NCBI GenBank assembly: GCA_030754595.1
Contig: JASLZZ010000056.1
Location: 5,733-69,732 of the forward strand
Direction: 5' to 3'
Length of the DNA: 64,000 nt
Origin: Nitrospinota bacterium
Lineage (GTDB): Bacteria > UBA8248
The stretch's first letter is position 1, and each line of letters begins with the position of its first letter. The notes beneath the pieces were generated by a model. It was not told the origin of the DNA. It was given only the letters and a program-made list of their open reading frames with translations, and searched no databases. The position numbers and the translations under genes are program-made. Shown piece by piece: positions 58,277-64,000 of the stretch.

Positions 58277-59418
58277 CGACCGGGACGGATGCACTTCAAG
58301 GGGACGAGTTCGCCGAAGAAATTCTCAAACCCTGGCAGCGCATCGGGCGCAGCCTCCTCCAGGATCGCTTCGCCATGTGGGGCGCTGTAGTCCTCGTCTT
58401 TTTCTTCGCTCTGGCGATTGTCGGATGGTGGGTAACCTCAGGAGATGACCCCTATTTCAGCCCGAGCACCATCCGGCTACCCGACCGCCTTAAACCACCC
58501 ATGGCAAAGCCGAATCTAGAGGACGTCGCTCCCGATAAGCTTCCGCCGTTGGGCATCTACCCATTCGGAACCGACGAGCTGGGGCGCGACGTTTTCGCGC
58601 GCATGTTGGAAGGATCGAAAATCGCCATGGCGGTCGGATTCGTCGCCGTGGGAATTTCGATGATCCTCGGGGTCTTCCTAGGGGGCATAGCGGGCTTCCA
58701 CGGAAACAAACACATCGGACCGGCCTCCCTCCTGGGCGCCATCCTCTTTCCCGTTGCCGGTGGATTTTTATTCAGCGAAATTTCCTGGTGGATACTATTT
58801 CCGCTCGAGGGCGCGCTCTTGTTCATCGGGGTCGTTCTGGGCATGTGGGTCGAATCCTTGCCCGCGTTCGGCTTTCTCAAACGGCATCCCATCGTCAACG
58901 TAGACACTATTTTTATCGTCCTCGTGGACGTCCAGCTTTCTTTTCCGACCTTTTTCCTCATCCTCACGGCCATCGCCGTTTTACCGCCCAGCATCTGGAA
59001 CATCATGGTCGTCATCGGCATCACGGGCTGGGTGGGCCCGGCCAGGTTCGTGCGCGCCGAGATTCTCTCGCTCAAAGAGCGCCCCTTTATCGAGGCTGCC
59101 CGGGCCATTGGCGCAAAAGATATGCGCCTCATCATTATCCACCTTGTGCCGAACTCGCTGGCCGCCGTTCTCGTTTCGGTCACCATCGGCGTTCCCTTGG
59201 CCATTCTCTCCGAGGCGGGTCTGAGCTTCCTGGGCTTCGGGGTGCCGCCGCCCGACGCTTCATGGGGGAACATCCTCTCGGACGGGCGAAAATTTCTCTT
59301 CGACGCCCCCTGGCTGATGTTCATACCGGGCTTTGCCATCCTCATCGTCGTCCTCGCCTTCAACCTCTTCGGCGAGGGACTGCGCGACGCCCTGAACCCG
59401 CGCACCCGGCCCGAATAG
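58273..59418 (+). CDS. Peptide ABC transporter permease (OppC/AppC type)
   Basis: FGTDELGRD, FIEAARAIGA, HLVPN, EAGLSFLGFG, GEGLRDALNP. Confidence 0.94.
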   Translation: MTTGTDALQGDEFAEEILKPWQRIGRSLLQDRFAMWGAVVLVFFFALAIVGWWVTSGDDPYFSPSTIRLPDRLKPPMAKPNLEDVAPDKLPPLGIYPFGTDELGRDVFARMLEGSKIAMAVGFVAVGISMILGVFLGGIAGFHGNKHIGPASLLGAILFPVAGGFLFSEISWWILFPLEGALLFIGVVLGMWVESLPAFGFLKRHPIVNVDTIFIVLVDVQLSFPTFFLILTAIAVLPPSIWNIMVVIGITGWVGPARFVRAEILSLKERPFIEAARAIGAKDMRLIIIHLVPNSLAAVLVSVTIGVPLAILSEAGLSFLGFGVPPPDASWGNILSDGRKFLFDAPWLMFIPGFAILIVVLAFNLFGEGLRDALNPRTRPE

Positions 59419-59535
59419 GTCTTCCCAGACCGGGGCCTTGCGGACCGCGCAAAACCATCTCCCCGTACCCGGCGGGCCCCGCCCTGTGCACGACACCCGG
59501 CTGGCCGGTTTCTGGCGAACCAGTCCCGGTGAAAA

Positions 59536-59565
59536 TTGACATCCCCGGAGGCAAGGGGCTATAAG
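59536..59565 (+). promoter_or_regulatory. Sigma-70 promoter of tRNA-Leu
   Basis: TTGACA-N18-TATAAG, about 20 nt upstream of the tRNA. Confidence 0.7.
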
Positions 59566-59584
59566 ACGGGGTCGAAAGACACCG

Positions 59585-59671
59585 GCCCAAGTGGTGGAAC
59601 TGGTAGACACGCAGGCTTGAGGTGCCTGTGGGGGAAACCCTGTGGAGGTTCGAGTCCTCTCTTGGGCACCA
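59585..59671 (+). tRNA. tRNA-Leu(GAG)
   Basis: Acceptor stem GCCCAAG/CTTGGGC, anticodon arm CAGGC-TTGAGGT-GCCTG, long variable arm, GTTCGAGTC T-loop, encoded CCA. Confidence 0.97.
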
Positions 59672-59680
59672 GGAAAACAA

Positions 59681-59716
59681 AAGGCCGCGGAGGAGACATC
59701 CCTCGCGGCCTTTTTT
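59681..59716 (+). terminator. Rho-independent terminator after tRNA-Leu
   Basis: AAGGCCGCGGAGG..CCTCGCGGCC-TTTTTT. Confidence 0.8.
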
Positions 59717-59790
59717 CTTTTGAAAAGAAACTTATTTCAGGTACGCAATAACCGAATCGGCGCCACGCGCGCCGCACCGGAGGTGCCGAC

Positions 59791-59985
59791 CTAGACGGCG
59801 ATGTCGATTCCGTTCGGACTTTGAATCTCGTTCGCGGCGGAGAGGACGGCCAAAAGTCTCTCGTCCGCCAATTGATGTCTGGCCGTGAGCTGAGCCACGT
59901 TGGATCGCGCGTTCGCTATGGCCCCTACGGTCTGCGGGGGCCTCTGGTGTTTTGCGACGGCAAGAATGAGGTTTGCATCGGCCAC
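59791..59985 (-). CDS. Small hypothetical protein (YjfB-like C-terminus)
   Basis: Strong GGAGGAG RBS, GTG start, Ala/Gln-rich helix ending GIDIAV. Confidence 0.6.
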   Translation of the reverse strand: MADANLILAVAKHQRPPQTVGAIANARSNVAQLTARHQLADERLLAVLSAANEIQSPNGIDIAV

Positions 59986-60080
59986 GGCAACTCCTCCTCC
60001 CTGAGGAGATGACCTTTTTTTGTGCGTAATTTCATAATTTCGCGCCCCTCGGTCGCATAAGCGTTAGCCCACTTATAGTC

Positions 60081-60107
60081 TTATCGGAAGCCCTCCCAAA
60101 AAAATGA
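60081..60107 (-). promoter_or_regulatory. Putative sigma-28 (FliA) promoter
   Basis: Minus strand TCAT-N15-TCCGATAA versus consensus TAAA-N15-GCCGATAA. Confidence 0.5.
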
Positions 60108-60206
60108 GTTCAAATTTCAGATAACCGTTTGAAATCTATACAAAAACCGCGGGGGATGAATAATCCTCCGCGACTATTTTTTCTTATTGGATGAGTGCGG
60201 ACCAGC

Positions 60207-60791
60207 CTAACCTTCCCCTTCCTCCGGCGCCTCGGCGCCCTTGGGGTCTTCGCCTTCCTCGCTCTCCTCGGGCTTGGGCCGGGGGGCGTGGTAGCGGCGC
60301 CACTCCTGCCCGTAGGCGAGGGTCGTGAGATTGGTCATCCGGTCGATGAAAAGAACGCCATCGAGGTGGTCACCCTCATGCTGGGCAACGCGGGCGGGGA
60401 AGTCCTCGAACTCGACAGCGTATTTTTTCCCGTCCCGGTCATGAGCGTCGAGGCGGATTTTCACGTGGCGCGGCACCATGCCGTGGATGTCGGGGACGGA
60501 TAGGCAGCCCTCCCAGCCCTCACTCATCTCCTCGGAAAGCGGGGTGATCACCGGGTTCACCGCCACGCGCAGACTCTCCTCGTCCGCCGGGTCGGGCCGT
60601 ATGATGAAGATGCGCAGGCCGAAGTGGACCTGGGGAGCGGCAAGACCGATTCCGGCATACTCGTCCATGGTCTCGAGCATTTCGTCCACCAACGACTTGA
60701 GCTCGGCGCTCCGGAGCGCGTTTTGAGGAATCTCCTCGGCGAGCTGGCGCAGGACCGGATGCCCCATCCGCGCGACTTTTAAAATAGCCAT
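60207..60791 (-). CDS. def: Peptide deformylase
   Basis: GIGLAAPQV, EGCLS, QHEGDHLDG. Confidence 0.97.
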   Translation of the reverse strand: MAILKVARMGHPVLRQLAEEIPQNALRSAELKSLVDEMLETMDEYAGIGLAAPQVHFGLRIFIIRPDPADEESLRVAVNPVITPLSEEMSEGWEGCLSVPDIHGMVPRHVKIRLDAHDRDGKKYAVEFEDFPARVAQHEGDHLDGVLFIDRMTNLTTLAYGQEWRRYHAPRPKPEESEEGEDPKGAEAPEEGEG

Positions 60792-60837
60792 CGAACAAAA
60801 TCCTTATAAATAACTGAATATTATGATGAAATCCGAA

Positions 60838-61554
60838 TCATCCCAGTTCCCGGAACCAGGCCGCCAGGGCGTCAGTGTCCGCAATTTCCTCGAGCGAGTC
60901 CACCACCCGGTCGGCCCCGGAGAGCGCTTCCCGGGGAAAGCTGTTCGTCACTGCCAGAACGCGCATCCCCGCCGCCCGTCCCGAGCCGACGCCCGCCACC
61001 GAGTCCTCTAAAACAAGGCAGGCCTCCGGCAAGACCAAGCCACCGCTGGGCCGGATTTTCACGGAGAGCGCTTCGTTGATTCGGCCCAGCGCCGTGAGAA
61101 AACTTTCGGGGTCCGGCTTTCCCCGCCCGACCATCTCGGCCGACACGATGGGCCCGAAACAATCGAGCAGCCCTGCCCCCTCGAGAACGGGCCGAATCTC
61201 CCCCTCCAGCGCCCCGCTCGCGACGGCCATCGGCCAGCGCGCCGAGGCGGCGCGGATCAACTCCGCCGCTCCGGGCAGGATCCGGGGGCTAGCCCCGAGG
61301 GCCTCGTAGTGCGCCTCCTTCACCTCGAGCAAGCGCTCGAAGCGAGCGGGCTCCACCTCCGCCCCCCGGTCGGCCAGGAACGCCCGGACCATCGTACGGT
61401 CGTCGAAGGCCAGATATCGATCCCTGTACTGCGCTTCGGTGAGTTCGAGGCCCAGTTCTTCCGAGAAAGTCCGCTGAAACGCGGCCAGGTGGAACGGTTC
61501 GCTGTCCGCAATCGTTCCGTCGAAGTCGAATATGAGAGCCTCGAGATCGGCCAC
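60838..61554 (-). CDS. HAD family phosphatase
   Basis: FDFDGTIADSE, VASG, GKPDPE, LEDSVAG. Confidence 0.93.
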   Translation of the reverse strand: MADLEALIFDFDGTIADSEPFHLAAFQRTFSEELGLELTEAQYRDRYLAFDDRTMVRAFLADRGAEVEPARFERLLEVKEAHYEALGASPRILPGAAELIRAASARWPMAVASGALEGEIRPVLEGAGLLDCFGPIVSAEMVGRGKPDPESFLTALGRINEALSVKIRPSGGLVLPEACLVLEDSVAGVGSGRAAGMRVLAVTNSFPREALSGADRVVDSLEEIADTDALAAWFRELG

Positions 61555-61558
61555 GACG

Positions 61559-62323
61559 CTAGACCCAGCCGCCTCCGTCCTCGAAAACGTTCACGCCGGT
61601 GATGTAGTCCGAGGCGTCCGAGGCCAGAAAAACGCAAAGGCCCGCGATATCCTCGGGCTCACCCATCCGGCCGAGAACGATTTTCTCCTTCAGCCAGTCC
61701 TCGGTTCCGGGTTTCTCGAGGCCGGGCGCCATCATGGGGGTGCGGTGGACGCCGGGCGAGATACAGTTCACCCGAACCCCGAGGGAGCCCCACTCGACCG
61801 ATAGGGAGCGCGTGAGGGAGGCGACCCCGGCCTTGCTCGCGTTATAGGCGGCCCGGGCGGGGCGCTGGGCGCGATCGCCGAGGAAAGTGGCCACGTTGAC
61901 GATGCTTCCCTTCCCCCGGGCGGTCATGCCCTCGCCCGCCGCCTGGCAGCAGAGGAAGGTCCCTGTCAGATTGATGTCGATGATGCGCCGCCATTCCTCC
62001 TCGGCGAGCTTGAGGGTTTCATCCCCGCTGAATACGCCGGCGCCATTCACGAGCACACCGATGGGCCCTAGGGCGCTCTCGGTTTCACCGACCGCTCTTT
62101 TAACGTCACCGGCCTTCGAAACGTCGGCCGGAACGGCGAGGGCCTTTCGGCCCGCGCCGGCTATCAGCTTTTCGGTCTCGGCGAGGGCATCCGCCCGCCG
62201 GCCGGCGAGGGCGACATCCGCGCCCGCCTCGGCGAGAGCCACCGCCATGGCCCGGCCCAGACCCGACCCGGCGCCCGTCACCAGGGCCACTTTGCCGTCC
62301 AGTCTCATTTTGTCCAGAATCAT
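61559..62323 (-). CDS. SDR family oxidoreductase
   Basis: VTGAGSGLG, VNGAG, YNASKAG, VNCISPG. Confidence 0.93.
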   Translation of the reverse strand: MILDKMRLDGKVALVTGAGSGLGRAMAVALAEAGADVALAGRRADALAETEKLIAGAGRKALAVPADVSKAGDVKRAVGETESALGPIGVLVNGAGVFSGDETLKLAEEEWRRIIDINLTGTFLCCQAAGEGMTARGKGSIVNVATFLGDRAQRPARAAYNASKAGVASLTRSLSVEWGSLGVRVNCISPGVHRTPMMAPGLEKPGTEDWLKEKIVLGRMGEPEDIAGLCVFLASDASDYITGVNVFEDGGGWV

Positions 62324-62517
62324 TCGATTCCCTCTGCTTTTTTTCGAAAACTAAATTAATGGGATTATTTTTTTGGAATTAAGCGCCTTAAGCTAGGGGA
62401 TATACTGGAGAAGTGTCAACCACGGGCGGGGACGGACACCCCCGGCGGGGACGCAGCCACGTCGGAGATGCAGCCTCATCGGGGGCGTACGCTCCAAAAA
62501 AGGAAGACCGCGGAATA

Positions 62518-63228
62518 ATGAGCGAACCGAGTCCAGAAGGAGATTTCCACCTGACCCCTTCACCCGATCCTCCTTCGCACCTTTCACCTTCGCCCCGTCC
62601 CCCCTGCCCCCTCTGCGGAGAGGAAGCGGCCGAGCCCTTCGATGCGGCCGACGGACGCGAGTATCTCCACTGCCCCGCCTGCCGGTTGATATTCGTTCCC
62701 CAGAAATTCTGGCCCTCCCCATCCGAGGAGCGCGCCCGCTACGACATGCATCAAAACGCGCCGGACGATGAGGGCTATATCTCATTCCTGGAGACGATCG
62801 CCGCTCCCCTCGCCGACCGGCTTGCCGCCGGGGCCAGTGGCCTCGATTACGGCTGCGGACCCGAGCCCGTCCTATGCCGCCTCCTCGGGCAAAGAGGATT
62901 CAAGATCCGCCCCTACGATCCCCACTACTTTTCCGAGCCGCCCGAGGGGCCCTTCGATTTCATCGTCTCGACCGAAACCTTCGAGCACTTTCGCCGCCCT
63001 CGCCGCGAAATCGAGCGCATCCGCGCCCTGCTCCGGCCGGGGGGGGTGCTCGGGCTGATGACGGCCTTCTGGAGCGAAGAGGTCTTTCGGGCGAACTGGC
63101 ACTACCGGCGGGACTTCACCCATCTTTGTTTCTACCGGCGGGAGACAATCGAGTGGATCTGCGGCGCCTTCGGATTCGAAACGATCTGGTGCGACGAAAA
63201 GCGGGCCGCTATCCTCCGTCTTCTCTAG
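62518..63228 (+). CDS. Class I SAM-dependent methyltransferase with N-terminal zinc ribbon
   Basis: CPLC..CPAC, LDYGCGP, YDPHY, TETFEHF, WHYRRDFTHLCFY. Confidence 0.9.
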   Translation: MSEPSPEGDFHLTPSPDPPSHLSPSPRPPCPLCGEEAAEPFDAADGREYLHCPACRLIFVPQKFWPSPSEERARYDMHQNAPDDEGYISFLETIAAPLADRLAAGASGLDYGCGPEPVLCRLLGQRGFKIRPYDPHYFSEPPEGPFDFIVSTETFEHFRRPRREIERIRALLRPGGVLGLMTAFWSEEVFRANWHYRRDFTHLCFYRRETIEWICGAFGFETIWCDEKRAAILRLL

Positions 63229-63352
63229 GCCGCCCGGATAGCGATCTCCGGGGGTCTGTGGCATCCTCGGTGAAACGGAGCCATTCTCGGCGCGAAGCCG
63301 CACCCGGCACGGAGTCCATCATTTCAGCGAATTTATTTTAGGGAGATACCCA

Positions 63353-64000
63353 GTGGCGAACGGCGTTGCGTGGATCACTACGACATGGCTCGGCATGCTC
63401 GATGACCCGATGCGCATCCTCCGCCCGCTCGAAGAGAAAGCGGGCCTTGAGATCAGGATCGAAACCTCGGGCATTCATCTGGATGAGGAGGAATTGCTCG
63501 CGGGGCTTCCGGGCGTCGTGGCCACCTTGCCGAGCAACGACACCTACACGGCCCGCGTGCTCGCCTCCGCCCCCGACCTCAAGATCATCTCCCGGACCGG
63601 TGTGGGGCTGAACACCATCGACCTCGCCGCCGCCGCCGAGAACGGCATCGTCGTCACCCACGCCGCGGGCCAGAACCGCGACTCGGTGGCGGAGCACACC
63701 TTCGGCCTGATGCTCGGCATCGCAAGGAAAATCCCCTGGAAGGACCAAGCCCTCCGCGAGGGCGAATGGGCCGCGCTCCGGACTCCCTCGACTCCCCTCA
63801 AGGGGAAAACGCTGGGCATCCTCGGGCTCGGGAACGTCGGAAAACAGGTCGCCCTTCGCGCCTCGGCCTTCGGCATGGAGATCATCGCCTGCGACATCGT
63901 GCCGGACGAGCGCTTCGCCGCCGAGGTGGGCGTTTATTTCCACTCGCTCGAGGAGATAGCGGGCCGGGCCGATTTTCTTTCGTGTCACGTTCCCCTGACC
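63353..64000 (+). CDS. Phosphoglycerate dehydrogenase-like 2-hydroxyacid dehydrogenase (runs off window end)
   Basis: Absent from the ORF track (no stop in window): GGGAG RBS, GTG start, ISRTGVGLNTID, NRDSVAEH, GILGLGNVG, HVPLT. Confidence 0.9.
   Translation, partial: MANGVAWITTTWLGMLDDPMRILRPLEEKAGLEIRIETSGIHLDEEELLAGLPGVVATLPSNDTYTARVLASAPDLKIISRTGVGLNTIDLAAAAENGIVVTHAAGQNRDSVAEHTFGLMLGIARKIPWKDQALREGEWAALRTPSTPLKGKTLGILGLGNVGKQVALRASAFGMEIIACDIVPDERFAAEVGVYFHSLEEIAGRADFLSCHVPLT

Noticed and set aside
59585-59790. Integrative element at tRNA-Leu
   Set aside because: No integrase and no duplicated tRNA 3' end seen in the window; the flanks are housekeeping genes.
63338-63988. Minus-strand 216-aa ORF at the window end
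   Set aside because: Shadow of the plus-strand dehydrogenase starting at 63353, which the ORF track missed because it has no stop in the window.

Overview
64 kb of chromosomal DNA from a high-GC, Gram-negative-type bacterium (TAXI-TRAP and peptide ABC transporters, lipoprotein, multiheme cytochrome c; a Nitrospinota/Tectomicrobia/deltaproteobacteria-like lineage is my guess only). Housekeeping genes: cca, pyrR, mce, aroA, tag, rimI, a divergent pgi, gap-pgk-tpiA-secG, tRNA-Leu(GAG), def. A large catabolic block (about 4.6-33 kb) holds four tandem paralog pairs (D-2-hydroxyacid dehydrogenases, MBL hydrolases, acyl-CoA synthetases, TauE exporters), a TAXI-TRAP transporter, PrpF, a CoA transferase, hydrolases and a GGT-like enzyme. 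Reading beyond the ORF track gave: a clade-2 chlorite-dismutase-like heme protein next to an orphan Thoeris-type TIR protein; a type III PKS relic; IS1595 and probable IS1380 relics; three single-lesion broken genes (cupin, Gfo/Idh/MocA, cvpA); a hydantoinase/oxoprolinase B subunit with substituted metal ligands; a 66% Lys/Arg histone-H1-like protein behind a long AT-rich leader; a probable sigma-28-driven small gene; and several hairpin/tandem repeats. No CRISPR array, rRNA, prophage or intact transposase was seen. All family calls come from motif recognition by eye, with no database searches.
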